The notes beneath the pieces are model-generated. The model was not told the origin of the DNA, did no database searches, and was given only the letters and a program-made list of their open reading frames with translations. Made by a program: the position numbers and the translations under genes. From NCBI RefSeq assembly GCF_006345805.1, contig NC_043006.1:67518001-67582000 (forward strand): 64,000 nucleotides of DNA, written 5' to 3'. The stretch comes from Octopus sinensis. Lineage: Eukaryota. Positions 50,108 through 63,699 of the stretch are shown piece by piece (within the stretch, counting starts at the first letter, position 1; every line of letters begins with the position of its first letter).

Positions 50108-50158
50108 TCACTCCTTCGGCAATAATCGGCCTTGTAACAGTTTCCAAGCTTTCTCAAC
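50108..50158 (-). CDS. COASY: Bifunctional coenzyme A synthase, terminal coding exon
   Basis: ...TCTCTCTTTACAACAG|GTTGAGAAAGCTTGG gives VEKAWKLLQGRLLPKE*, comparable to the vertebrate COASY C-terminus VEKAWALLQKRI. Phase 0. Confidence 0.88.
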   Translation of the reverse strand, partial: VEKAWKLLQGRLLPKE

Positions 50159-50399
50159 CTGTTGTAAAGAGAGAATAGAAAAGAGGTTATTAATATTTTC
50201 ACTTGAGATATCATAAAAGTGTTGCATTGTGTTGTGTGCTGTAGGTGTGGTGTTTAGTGGGTGTCTGATGCATTAAGGGTACTTTGGGTGTGTGTGCATA
50301 CGTATTTATATACGCCAACATAGAAGACAGAGGTATGATGATGATATATATGTGTGTGTGATATATGCATGTATATATACATACATATGTATGCATATA

Positions 50400-50975
50400 C
50401 TCTTTTTTCTTTTAATAGTTTCAGTCATTTGACTGTGGCCATGCTGGAGCACCGCTTTTAGTCGAAGAAATCGACCCCAGGACTTATTCTTTGCAAGCTT
50501 AGTACTTATTCTATCGGTCACCTTTGCCGAACCGCTAAGTTACGGTGACGTAAACACATCAGCATCGGTTGTCAAGCGATGTTGGGGGGATAAACAGAGA
50601 CACAAACATATATACACAAACACATACACACACATATATTGGCACGTAAAAAGCACCCACTACACTCACGGAGTGGTTGGCGTTAGGAAGGGCATCCAGC
50701 TGTAGAAACATTGCCAGATAAGACCAGAGCCTGGTGCAGCCTTCTGGCTTCCCAGATCCCCGGTCGAACCGTCCAACCCATGCTAGCATGGAGAACAGAC
50801 GTTAAACGATGATGATGATGATGATGATGATATATACATATATACAATGGGCTTCTTTCAGTTTCCGTCTACCAAATCCACTAACAAGGCTTTGGTCCAC
50901 CCGAGGCTATAGTAGAAGACACTTGCTCAAGGTGCACGCAGTGGGACTGAACCAGGAACCATGTGGTTCGTAATG
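50400..50975 (-). mobile_element. SINE family A with an RTE-tail element (50640-50832, +) nested in its microsatellite
   Basis: Family A tail, then the RTE tail in opposite orientation, then the family A head. Confidence 0.8.
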
Positions 50976-51021
50976 CCTATATATAAATATATATGTTTAT
51001 ACATACATATATATGCACATA

Positions 51022-51399
51022 TCTTTATATATAAAAGAGAGCTGTCTGTCTCCTATGATTTAGATTCCTAACTACTCCCACATTTTGCGGTGCAGTTTAA
51101 CCAAAACCGGGTATCTTATAGTCGTGATTCATATCGAGCCCTTCTGGGTATTAGCACGCATCTACGATGAGTCTACGATTTAAAAAAAAATTTACCATCA
51201 ATTTTTCCCATTTTAATGCATTTTTAGCATATATAAGGGAAGTAACTCTCTAAAAATTTATTATTAAATCTCAGAACGTAAAAAGCTACAGTAACACCCC
51301 ACTTTGTGGTTAGCCATATTGAGATGGCTATTATACTCTAAAAATGCTTATATAGTTATTTCCCTTACAAACCCGAGCAACGCCGGGCGATACTGCTAG
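51022..51399 (+). mobile_element. Complete 378-bp non-autonomous Helitron
   Basis: A|TCTTTATATATAAAAG...CCCGAGCAACGCCGGG-CGATACTG-CTAG|T. Its 5' 230 bp match 44276-44515. Confidence 0.85.
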
Positions 51400-52394
51400 T
51401 ACATATATATAAGTGAAAGGGGTACAGGTAACTTGCCATGGGAAGTAGATTAGATCAAACGTTTTGGATACAACGCTTCAGATGTGTGTATGTATATGTA
51501 TATTTACATACACACACACAAACATACAAACATATATATAAATATACTTACTATATATTTATACACACACATACACACACACACACATATATACTAGCAG
51601 AGATAGCCATCGTTGCACAGGAATACAATAGCATAGCTTTTTTACTGTTTTGCTTGTATCAGTCACATGACTGTGGTCATGCTGGAGCACACCTTTAGTT
51701 GACCCCCAGCATTTATTCTTTGTAAGCCTAGTATGTATTCTATCGGTGTGTTTTGCCAAAAAGCTAAATTATGGGTGCATAAATACAGCAACATCATTTG
51801 TCAAGCAATGGAGGGAGGGGGTACAAAGACAGACACACACACATATATATATATATATACATATATACATACATATATATATTTACATACATATATATTT
51901 ACATACATATATATATAGTTACATACATATATATATGGTGGCTGACTCCTCGTTATCGAGTATGGCCATTGCACAAAGCTTAATCAATGTTGTTATCGTG
52001 CAATGCCTGTGCAAGAAGATTTTTTTTTAAATGAGGAAAGACTGTGCACTGAGTCAATCCCACTCACTAAGCAACAGCAGTCACAATCCGAAAAGAAGAA
52101 CAAGTCAACATCATCGGTAACCAGAGTTATCCCAGTTTCCTGAGTTACCTTCTCCTAGAAGGATGCCCTAACAAAGGCTAGGAGTCATTCACTCCCAATG
52201 GTTTAACCACACAATCGGGTATTCAGTCCGATTATTTCTATGTCCCCGCGCATGATACATATATATATATATATACATATATACATACATATATATGTAC
52301 ATATATACATACATATATATATACATATATACATACATATATATATATATATACATATATACATACACATATATATACATACATATATATATAT

Positions 52395-52800
52395 TCTCTT
52401 TTACTCTTTTACTCTTTTACTTGTTTCAGTCATTTGACTGCGGCCATGCTGGAGCACCGCCTTTAGTCAAGCAAATTGACCCCGGGACTTATTCTTTGTA
52501 AGCCCAGTACTTATTCTATCGGTCTCTTTTGCCGAACCGCTAAGTGACGGGGATGTAAACACACCAGCATCGGTTGTCAAGCAATGCTAGGGGGACAAAC
52601 ACACACACACACACAGATATATATATATATACATATACGACAGGCTTCTTTCAGTTTCCGTCTACCAAATCCACTCACAAGGCACTGGTCAGCCCGGGGC
52701 TATAGCAGAAGACACTTGCCCAAGATGCCACGCAGTGGGATTGAACCCGGAACCATGTATTTGGTTAGCAAGCTACTTACCACACAGCCACTCCTGCGCC
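52395..52800 (-). mobile_element. SINE family A
   Basis: Full family A layout on the minus strand. Confidence 0.85.
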
Positions 52801-53429
52801 TATATACATACACATATATACATATATACATACATATATATATATAAAGTTAATCCAAACAGTAAACAAAAAAGACAACAACGCAAGGAGGTGGAACAAT
52901 TAAAGTATTATTAGGCGCTCAGGAAAAAAGGGAAGAAGGAGGGTATGACGTTTCGAGCGGAGCTCTTCGTCGGAAACATAGGAGAAAGAAAGATCCCGAG
53001 GTGGGAGGACAGAGGGAAAAAAAATGCAAGTGGTCTCACGAGGTTGACATACTGGAAAGGCGGATATAGTAAAAAAGAGAGTGTGGGCTTTCAAAGACAA
53101 GAGAGCGGCAAAAGAAGGAAGGTAAGCAAACAGTGTGCGAGAGTGTGTGTGTGTGTGTGTATGTATGTATATGTTAGGCAAAAGCTGAGGCAACAGCAGT
53201 TGCAACAATGTGAGAGATGACAGGGTGTGTATGTGAGTATAGGTGGGCTAGGGCGAAGGCTAGCAAGTGACAGGTCAGAAACACGAATATACATATATAC
53301 ATACATATATATATACATATATACATACATATATATATACATACATATATATACATATATACATACATATATATACATATATACATACATATATATACAT
53401 ATATACATATATATATACATATATACATA

Positions 53430-55255
53430 TCATCATCATCATCATCATCATTTAACGTCCGCTTTCCATGCTAGCATGGGTTGGACGGTTCAACTGGGGT
53501 CTGGGGAGCCCGAAAGCTGCACCAGTCCAGTCAGATCTGGCAGTGTTTCTACAGCTGGATGCCCTTCCTAACGCCAACCACTCCGATAGTGTAGTGGGTG
53601 ATTTTATGTGCCACCGACACAGGTGCCAGACGAGGCTGGCAAACGGCCACGCTCGGATGGTGTTTTTTATGTGCCACCGACACAGGTGCCAGACGAGGCT
53701 GGCAGACGGCCACGCTCGGATGGTGTTTTTATGTGCCACCGACACAGGTGCCAGATGAGGCTGGCAAACGGCCACGATCGGATGGTGTTTGTTACGTGCC
53801 CACAGCACGGAGGCCAGTCGATGCGGTACTGGCTACGGCCACGTTCGGATGGTTCTCTTGTGTGCCATGTGCCACCGGCACTGGTACCACAAAGATACAA
53901 ATTCCATTGATGTTCATCTATTTTGATTTGTTTTGATTTTCACTTGCCTCAACAGGTCTTCACAAGTGTCACAAGAAGGAAGGTATGCACAGGTGGACTG
54001 ACTACGTCCCAGGTAGGGGCCACAGGTTATGGCCTGACTAGTCTTGCCGGGTCTTCGGATGGTGTTTTTATGTGCCACCGACACAGGTGCCAGATGAGGC
54101 TGGCGAACGGCCACGATCGGATGGTGTTTGTTACGTGCCCACAGCACGGAGGCCAGTCGGTGCGGTACTGGCTACGGCCACGTTCGGATGGTTTTCTTGT
54201 GTGCCACCGGCACTGGTACCACAAAGATACAATTCCATTAATGTTCATCTATTTTGATTTGTTTTGATTTGATTTGATTTGTTTTGATTTCATTTTGATT
54301 TTCACTTGCCTCAACAGGCCTTCACAAGTATCACAAGGAGGAAGGTATGCACAGGTGGACTGACTACGTCCCAGGTAGGGGCCATGGGATATGGCCTGAC
54401 TAATCTTGCCGGGTCTTCGGATGGTGTTTTTATGTGCCACCGACACAGGTGCTAGATGAGGCTGGCGAACGGCCACGATCGGATGGTGTTTGTTATGTGC
54501 CCACAGCACGATGGCCAGTCGATGCGGTACTGACTACGGCCACGTTCGGATGGATTTCTTGTGTGCCACAGGCACTGGTACCACAAAGATACAAATTCCA
54601 TTGATGTTCATCTATTTTGATTTGATTTGATTTTTGATTTTCACTTGCCTCAACAGGTCTTCACAAGTGTCACAAGAAGGAAGGTATGCACAGGTGGACT
54701 GACTAGTCTTGCCGGGTCTTCGGAAGGTGTTTTTATGTGCCACCGACACAGGTGCCAGATGAGGCTGGCGAACGGCCATGATCGGATGGTGTTTGTTACG
54801 TGCCCACAGCACGGAGGCCGGTCAATGCGGAACTGGCTATGGCCATGTTCGGATGGTTCTCTTGTGTGCCACCGGCACTGGTACCACAAAGTGTGTGCCA
54901 CCGGCACTGGTACCACAAAGATACAGATTCCATTGATGTTCATCTATTTTGATTTTGATTTTGATTTTCACTTGCCTCAACAGGTCTTCACAAGTGTCAC
55001 AAGAAGGAAGGTATGCACAGGTGGACTGACTACGTCCCAGGTAGGGGCCATGGGTTATGGCCTGACTAGTCTTGCCGGGTCTTCGGATGGTGTTTTTATG
55101 TGCCACCGACACAGGTGCTAGATGAGGCTGGCGAACGGCCACGATCGGATGGTGTTTGTTATGTGCCCACAGCACGATGGCCAGTGATGCGGTACTGACT
55201 ACGGCCACGTTTGGATGGATTCTTGTGTGCCACCGGCACTGGTACCACAAAGATA
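53430..55255 (-). repeat. Tandem array of RTE ORF-end and 3'UTR units (about 300-363 bp period) with a single terminal tail
   Basis: TCTTGCCGGGTCTTCGG recurs at about 54041, 54403, 54706 and 55069. The (CAT)n tail is at about 53430. Confidence 0.85.
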
Positions 55256-55259
55256 CAAA

Positions 55260-55269
55260 GATACATTAT

Positions 55270-55301
<32 letters not shown>

Positions 55302-56509
55302 TACATATATACATATATACATATATATATACATATATATACATACATACATACATATATACATATATATATACATATATATACATACATACATACATAT
55401 ATACATACATACATACATACATATATACATATATATATACATACATACATACATACATATATACATATATATATACATACATATATATACCTATATATAT
55501 ACATACATATATATACAAATATACATACATACATATATATACATATATACATACATATATATATATATACATACATATATATATACATATATACATACAT
55601 ATATATATACATATATACATACATATATATATACATATACATATATATATATACATATACACATACATATATACATACATATACACATACATATATACAT
55701 ATATATATACATATATATATATATACATATATACATATATAATATACATATATATACATATATATATATACATATATACATAATATATATACATACATAT
55801 ATACATACATATATACATATATATACATATATACATACATATATACATATATAACATATATACATACATATATACATATATATACATATATACATATATA
55901 TACATATATACATACATATATATACATATATATATACATATATACATATATATATACACATATATATATACATATATACATATATACATATATATACATA
56001 CATATAACATATATACATATATATATACATATATATAATATACATATATACATTATATATACATATATACATATAATACATACATATTACATATATACAT
56101 ACATACATACATACATATATACATATATATATACATACATACATACATATATACATTATATATATACATATATATACCTATATATATACATACATATATA
56201 TACAAATATACATACATACATATATACATATATACATAATATATATACAAATATACATACATACATATATATACATATATACATACATATATATATATAT
56301 ACATACATATATATATACATATATACATAATATATATACATATATAACATATATATATACATACATATACATATATATATATACATATACACATACATAT
56401 ATACATACATATACACATACATATATACATATATACATACATACATATATATATACATATATACATATATATATATACATATATACATACATATACATAT
56501 ATACATATA

Positions 56510-56547
<38 letters not shown>

Positions 56548-56660
56548 CATATATACATATATACATATGTATACATATATACATATACATACATATATAC
56601 ATATATATACATACATCATACATACATATTTACATACATATATACATATATATGCATATA
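55260..56660. repeat. Approximately 1.4-kb compound (TA)/(CATA) microsatellite in the last COASY intron
   Basis: Direct inspection. Confidence 0.95.
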
Positions 56661-56997
56661 TATCCTTAGTTCAAGTGTTTCATGAAAAGTCTTGAGTCTT
56701 TAAAAAAATATATCCTGCTGTCGTAAATGTTATCTATACAAACTGACCTTGTACAAATTTTCCTCGAAAATTTTACTAGTTCGACCGCGTTTCACTGTAT
56801 GTTATTATCTCCCTTGCAATGAAATTATTTCCCTTTCGTCCTTTTTGTACGTTTTCGGTTTATCTCTCACCTTCATATTCCATAGTCTTTATATTCCTTA
56901 TTTTTTTATTCATTCTCTTCACAAACTTATTTTACTCACCCCTTGAATTTAACTTTTATTTTTTATCTGCTTATTTACCCGTGTGTGTGTGTGTGTA

Positions 56998-57220
56998 TTG
57001 GGTTGGTCAAAAGTCACCTGACAGTAAATCAAGACCAAGATTTATTTATGTTTAACAACTGAATGAAATTAATAAAATCATCTCAATATGAAGCATTATG
57101 AAAATTGTTCAAACTGAAGTCTTTCTTGAGCGACACATTTTATCATTCAAGTCAATACATTATTACAGATAGTATTTATGGAATTTTGATTTACTGTAGG
57201 GTGACTTTTGGCCCACCCTG
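56998..57220. mobile_element. Tc1/mariner-type MITE with 35-bp TIRs and TA TSD
   Basis: TA|TTGGGTTGGTCAAAAGTCACCTGACAGTAAATCAA...TTGATTTACTGTAGGGTGACTTTTGGCCCACCCTG|TA. Confidence 0.8.
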
Positions 57221-58749
57221 TATATATAGTTGAAATTTATAGAAAAACAAAAGGATAAATGGAAAAGTCTTTTATGTTTCGAGCCTACGCTCTTCAACAG
57301 AAAGAAATAAGAGGAAATAAATGGAGAGAGAATTTAAAAATGAATGTGTGAATGTGTGTGTATGTGTATGCATATATAGGTACAGGATGTCACCAACAGT
57401 AAACAACATGAAATACGAAAACAAAAGAGTTCAATACGCAAATAACGAGAGAAACAAATGGAAAACAGGGCAAGTAACATAAAGAAAGGCCCTTCATCAG
57501 TTGTCAGCTGTCTGTCTACTCCTCATTTCAATCATTGAACGACAATATGAGTCTTTGAAGACAGTTACTCCCATAAGTACCAAAATAAAATTTGGGAACA
57601 AAAACAGGACAGTGGAGACATACAAGGAAACCGAACATGAAGGATCAAAGAGGTCATAGGCCTACAGGTCTCGGGGTCTAACAATATGTCATAAAGTTAA
57701 ACCCTTTATGGACGGGAAACACAGGGTAACCCCATAAACTGGCCTCCACCAGGAAATATATATATATATACATACACACACATACATAACTTATTTCATT
57801 TTAGTTGAAGGGAGAGGTAAAGTCAAAGTGATCAACCACAGCAGCACTTCATGCAGGACCCTGGCTAGCAAAGTATTCAAATGACTATGTTACGGTTACC
57901 CCTTTTGATTAAGCAAAGAATGATTGGTTATACTTTGATTAATAATTAGAAAGAGTATTTCACCAGCTTAAGACATGAATATCAAATTGGTAAGTTATAA
58001 TTCTCACAGAGTAAATAACAATTATTTTAATTAAGTAGAAATATATAGCAGAGATACAGAAAATCCTTGACACAGTAATGTATACTTGAAAAAATGAATA
58101 AGAATTACCTTTCTGATAATTATTTTCCACTTTAATGATTACATGTTTACAATTTGTTTATCAACAGCTAATAATTAGTGTGGAAAATAACTGTCACAAA
58201 AGTCACTGATTTTTTCATATATGCATAATAGAAACTATATGAAACACACACACACGCATAACAGAAACTATATGAAACACACACACACACGCATAATAGA
58301 AACTATATGAAATACACACACACGCATAATAGAAACTATATGAAATATACACATACATACACACACACACACACTAACAACTACAAACTTCTATTGTTTT
58401 TCTGCTGCTCTGTAGGTGAAGATATGCATAATATTCAGAACATTGAACTGTCCAAAGTATATTCAGATATTATGTGATTAAGAGTGAAATACAGTTAACT
58501 TATTAATTGACTAATATTTTTATCAGCAAGATAAGGACAGAATTATTTAAATATACCAAACTATGGCCATGTTGTTTAGCCACAAAACAATCTTAACACA
58601 AAGTAACCAGTGATCAAAGGCTGTAGAATTCCGAGTGGGCTGAAGTGTTGAAAGCTAAATATCTTAGTCATAGACATAATAGAGTGACTGGTGTTACTTG
58701 GACAATCAATCTACTGTTGTCACCATAGTCTATGCTATGAAATGGTGTG

Positions 58750-58834
58750 GTAAGGATTAGGATTAAGTTTAGAGTTAGGGTGAAGGTATAGGGTTAGGAT
58801 TTAGGATTAAGGTTAGAGTTAGGATTAGGGTTAG
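58750..58834 (+). repeat. Degenerate TTAGGG-like repeat
   Basis: GGATTAGGATTAAGTTTAGAGTTAGGG...GGTTAGAGTTAGGATTAGGGTTAG. Confidence 0.7.
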
Positions 58835-59590
58835 ACTGCACACTAAAGTGCAAATGGTAGATCACGCGCAAAAGTGGCACCGAATGATCAATACTGCACA
58901 GTGGTATCTACTTACAGCTTGGTGGACTGGACTGTGGCGAACTAAATGTCTCAGTAATGGATACAAGACAACACTAGAGAATGAATACATGAACCCCTTT
59001 CCATCAGCAACTCCCAACATTGACCTACCATCCTGTTACTAACCCCACCAGAACATTCCATCCTTCCAGTTAATTTGTAAACATTTCACTAAAAGTAAAA
59101 TTTTGAATAAATAGATAAGACATATTTGTTTCATTTTACACACACATACATACATACATACATACATTATTTATATATATATATATATATGTATATATAC
59201 CAGGTTTTGCAAAAGTCCTGTTGAGAGGTTAACTTGTGGAATAGAAAATATGCCATCAAACATACTTGTGAGTGGATTCGATAGAAGAAAATGAAAGAAG
59301 CCCATCATGTATGTGTGTGTGTGTGTGTGTGCATATCTATGTGAGTGTAATTTTGTGTCTGTGTTTTTCCCCCACCACCACTTGATAACCAGTGCTGGTG
59401 TGTTTACATCCCATTAACCTAGTGGTTCAGCAAAAATGATCAATAGAATAAGTACCAGGTTTTAAAAACAAGTACTGGCCAGTATGAAAAGCTGGATCTG
59501 GCCAGTTTGAACATAAACCTGGTAGAATATCTGGGCCAGATAAAGCCTATTTAAATGCTAAAGGGTTAAAACAAAAATCAATCTACTCAC

Positions 59591-59737
59591 TTGTTGCTGT
59601 GTTATTTCGTAATCCCACTGTGTACACAGAACCACATTGGCTGCTTCGACTCTTTCTTTATTCGATAACTGACTGTCGATCCTTGCCTCTGCATCTTCCT
59701 TACTCATCTTGTTTCTTTCCATGATCCGTTTCACAGC
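59591..59737 (-). CDS. COASY: Bifunctional coenzyme A synthase, penultimate coding exon (dephospho-CoA kinase domain)
   Basis: 147 nt, TTCAG|...|GTGAGT, phase 0/0: AVKRIMERNKMSKEDAEARIDSQLSNKERVEAANVVLCTQWDYEITQQQ. Comparable to human [49 protein letters not shown] (recalled). Confidence 0.92.
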
Positions 59738-59849
59738 CTGAAGACAACAAACAACAATGGTTTCAGTAAAATGTTAGGAAAAAAATCAATTTCTCTCAAG
59801 CACCTCTTGAGTGTTGGGTCTCATGGAGGCAATGTGGCCAAAGCCGGTG

Positions 59850-60176
59850 CCGCATATCTAGCACCCATGCTACTGGCATGTAACTAGCACCTGTGCTGGT
59901 GGCACATAAAAAGAACCTTTCAAATAACTGAGACCCATCAAGCCAAGTGAAATCATAGTCGTGGAAGAAACGGGTGTCACGCAACTGACACCTGTGCCAG
60001 TGGAACATAAAAGCACCCATTACACTCAGAGTGGGTGATGTTAGGAAGGGCATTCAGCCATAGAAACTATGCCAAATCAGACTGGAGTCTGGTGCAGGCC
60101 CTCAGCTTACCAGCTCTAGTCACACCATCCAACCCATGCCAGCATGGACAACAGATGTTAAATGATGGTGATGATG

Positions 60177-60218
<42 letters not shown>

Positions 60219-60323
60219 TATATCAGATTGGAGCCTGGTGCAGCCTTTGGCTCACCAGTCCTCAGTCAAACCATCCAACCCATGCCAGCATGGGCATGGA
60301 AGATAAACGTTAAACGATGATGA

Positions 60324-60330
<7 letters not shown>
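59850..60330 (+). mobile_element. Two RTE 3'-tail-derived elements, each ending in a GAT tail followed by (AT)n
   Basis: CATCCAACCCATGCCAGCATGG...GTTAAA(C/T)GATG tails. Confidence 0.75.
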
Positions 60331-60359
<29 letters not shown>

Positions 60360-60594
60360 ATACAGGGCAAATAATTCACAGGAAAATAATTTGCGAAGAT
60401 ATCATTGACTCTATTATTATCTAGTGTAACAATTTAAAAATGATAACAACAGAATCAATAATATAGGTAATTGCCGGTCCAAAGTAGCTGAAGTATTAAA
60501 ATTAATCAAAGGACATACTAAGTCTGTCTACCTGCTGGAAATAACAGACAAAACTCTAATTTAAATCGACAAAATACACTGATAATAACTACAG

Positions 60595-60850
60595 AAATGG
60601 CCTAGTGGTTAAGCTGCTGCACTCACAATCACTAGATTGTGGGTTTAATTCCCAAACCAGGTAGCGTGTTGTGTTCTTGTGCAAAACACTTCATTTCATG
60701 TTGCTCTTGTCCTCCTTTCAATCAGTGGAGAATGTTGCCGTGCTCACCTAGCAAGTGGGATGGTGTCATTTGAAGATTAAAATGATATGAAGTGCATTGT
60801 GATCAGACATTGTGGAACAACATCTGATAGTCTGATTGATCATGTAATCA
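60595..60850 (+). mobile_element. Degenerate tRNA-derived SINE
   Basis: TGGCCTAGTGGTTAAG...GGGTTTAATTCC head. The body resembles 32739-33038. Confidence 0.55.
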
Positions 60851-60854
60851 TGTG

Positions 60855-60891
<37 letters not shown>

Positions 60892-61190
60892 CATACAGTC
60901 GAAAGACACCTGTTGTTATGTCCTGTTATTTGTATTTGTGTAACATGCTCCATTTTTCCATCCTTGCTTTCATATACATTTGCTGCTTTCTTCCAAGGAA
61001 TCTAATGCTCTTAGCTTAGTTTTTTCCTTGGGGCTGGCCAGATTGGAGCAATCTTGAGTATAACCAGCCGAAATTGCAAAGATAATCTGGAACTCGACTG
61101 AAGAAAGAAAACTCCAAAAGACCCATCCTTATTTTCTTTGTCTCATCTGTCTGGATGTTTTGTGTTCTTGTCCCATTTTGTATTTTTTAT

Positions 61191-61227
<37 letters not shown>

Positions 61228-61369
61228 CATACATATATATATATATTATACATATATATACATACATATATATATATATACATACATACACACACACACA
61301 TATATATATACAAACATACATATATATATTACATACATACATACATACATATATATATACTTTCCATTG

Positions 61370-61672
61370 TTGGTCCTCATGGAGGCAATGACCAAGACCT
61401 TTGGCATTATGTTGTGCTTGAGAAGAAGACCCATCAAGCCAAACAAAATCTCAGTAGCGGCAGATACCAGTGACATGCAAATGGCACCGGTGCCAGTGGC
61501 ACATAAAAGCACCCATTACACTGTCGGAGTGGTTGGCATTAGGAAGGGCATCCAGCAGTAGAAGACCATGCCAAATAAGACTGCAGCCTGGCACAGCCTT
61601 CCACTATGCCAGCCCAGTCAAACTATCCGACCCATGCCAGCATGGACAACGGACGTTAAATGATGATGATGA

Positions 61673-61678
<6 letters not shown>
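61370..61678 (+). mobile_element. RTE 3'-tail-derived element
   Basis: GAAGACCCATCAAGCC...GGACGTTAAATGATGATGATGAT. Confidence 0.75.
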
Positions 61679-61707
<29 letters not shown>

Positions 61708-61710
<3 letters not shown>

Positions 61711-62430
61711 TCATCATCGTTTAACGTCCGCTTTCCATGCTAGCATGGGTTGGACGATTTGACTGAGGGCTGGCGAACCAGATGGCTGCACCAGGCTCCA
61801 ATCTTGGTCTGGCAAAGTTTCTCAGCTGGATGCCCTTCCTAACGCCAACCACTCCGATAGTGTAGTGGATGCTTTTACATGCCACTGGCACGGGGGCCAG
61901 TCAGGCGATACTGACAATGACCTCGCATGAATCTTTTTACACATGCCACCGGCAGAGGTGCCAGTAAGGCAACACTAGTAATGAATCTTTTTACACATGC
62001 CACCGGCACAGGTGCCAGTAAAGTGACGCTGGTAACGATCACACTCAAAAGGTGCCTTTTACATGCCACTGGCAAAGAAGCCATTTAGCCGCTCTGGCAA
62101 TGATCACGCTCGGATGGTGCTCTTAGCACCCTACTAGCACAGGGCACAAGTGCCAGTAAGGTGACGCTGGTAACGATCACCCTCGAATGGTGCCTTTTAT
62201 GTGCCCCTGGCATAGAAGCAGGTTAGCCATTCTGTCAACAATCACACTCGTATGGTGCTCTTTTCCACCCCACTATCACAGATGCTAGTCACCGAATTTG
62301 ATTTTGATTTCACTTGCCTCAACAGGTTTAGTGTCCAAAGAAGGAAAAGGTACGCATAAGTGGGCTGGTTACGCCCCTGGCATAGGCCACAAGGTTATGG
62401 TCTCATTTTGCTTGCCGGGTCTTCTCAAGC
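61708..62430 (-). mobile_element. RTE 3'UTR element with degenerate internal tandem repeats, tail-to-tail with the 61370 copy across (TA)n
   Basis: CATCATCATCGTTTAACGTCCGCTTTCCATGC...CTTGCCGGGTCTTCTC. Confidence 0.8.
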
Positions 62431-62954
62431 ACAGCATATTTCCAAAAGTCACATTCACTAGTCATTTCCTTGGTGAGGCCTAAAGTTTGAAGGTCGTACT
62501 TCAGCACTTGTTTCTGTCATTGAACTGTGGCTATGCTGGAGCATCACCTTGAAAGGTTTAGTTGAAGAAATCAACCCTAATATTATAAGACTAATACTTC
62601 TTCTATTGGTCTCTTTTGCTAGACTAAGTTATGGGAATGTAGATAAACCAACACCCATTGTCAAGCAGTGCCACACAGTGAGACTGAACCCAGAACCATG
62701 TGGTTGGGAAGCAAACTTCATATCAAACAGCCATGCCTCAATTTTGTATTCTTAATTCCAACTAATAAATGTGAGGGTAGGAACCCATGTATAAGGACCC
62801 CTTTTTTGTCAAAAATTAGGTTTGAAAAAATGGGATTTTCTTATACATAGTATTATAATCCCTTACAAAACCTTTTTTCCAAATTTTAAACCCCAAAAAT
62901 TAGGGGGTTCTTTATACACATTAAAATTTTAATAAGTAATAAAGTGACACAAAC

Positions 62955-63055
62955 CTCATTTTTTGGAATAATGGCCACCCAAGTTTCATGCACCATGTGG
63001 GTCCACTTGGCTTCCAATAAGACAGCAGCTTCAATGACAACAATATCTTTACCTT
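62955..63055 (-). CDS. COASY: Bifunctional coenzyme A synthase, internal exon (dephospho-CoA kinase domain)
   Basis: 101 nt, TTACAG|...GAG|GT, phase 1/0: (E)[33 protein letters not shown]. Comparable to human [34 protein letters not shown] (recalled). Upstream exons lie beyond the window. Confidence 0.92.
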
Positions 63056-63138
63056 CTGTAACAAAAATGAAAATGTTAAAATGTATCTATCTATGCAAGC
63101 ATATTGTAATAATAACAATAATAATAATAATAATATTA

Positions 63139-63174
<36 letters not shown>

Positions 63175-63519
63175 GGGTAGCATCATAACCATGTGTTGAG
63201 AGGGATTTTTTAGGGTTTGAATAATTCACCTCTGGAAACATGGGTGTTTTGTTCAACATCCTTAAACAACCCTTATTCAGGGACCTTTTGAGCGGGATGG
63301 GTTACTCGACAAGAAGAAAATTCTAACTGGGCCCCACCTGCAAGGTCATGTGCTGTTTATCTTGATATGAGATCACCATGTCGCGCACAAATGGTTGTGA
63401 TGCATGTGCCTGGTGTACCCTTATCAGATGGGTAGACATGATGGATATACTGAGCTTCATATATTTTACCCCAGTGTCACTTTGATGGCATGCACAGCTC
63501 TCTCACTCAATAATAATAA

Positions 63520-63690
63520 TAATCCTTTCTACTGTAGGCACAAGACCTGAAATTAAGGGGAGGGGCTAGATGATTACATCGATCCAAGTACATAACTGGT
63601 ACTTATTTTATTGGTCCTGAAAGGATGGAAAATAGAGTCAACCTTGGTGGAATTTGAACTCAGAACTTAAAGAAGGACGAAATGCCGCTG
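63520..63690 (-). mobile_element. Degenerate SINE family B
   Basis: Reverse complement of the family B central domain. Confidence 0.7.
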
Positions 63691-63699
63691 TCATCCATA

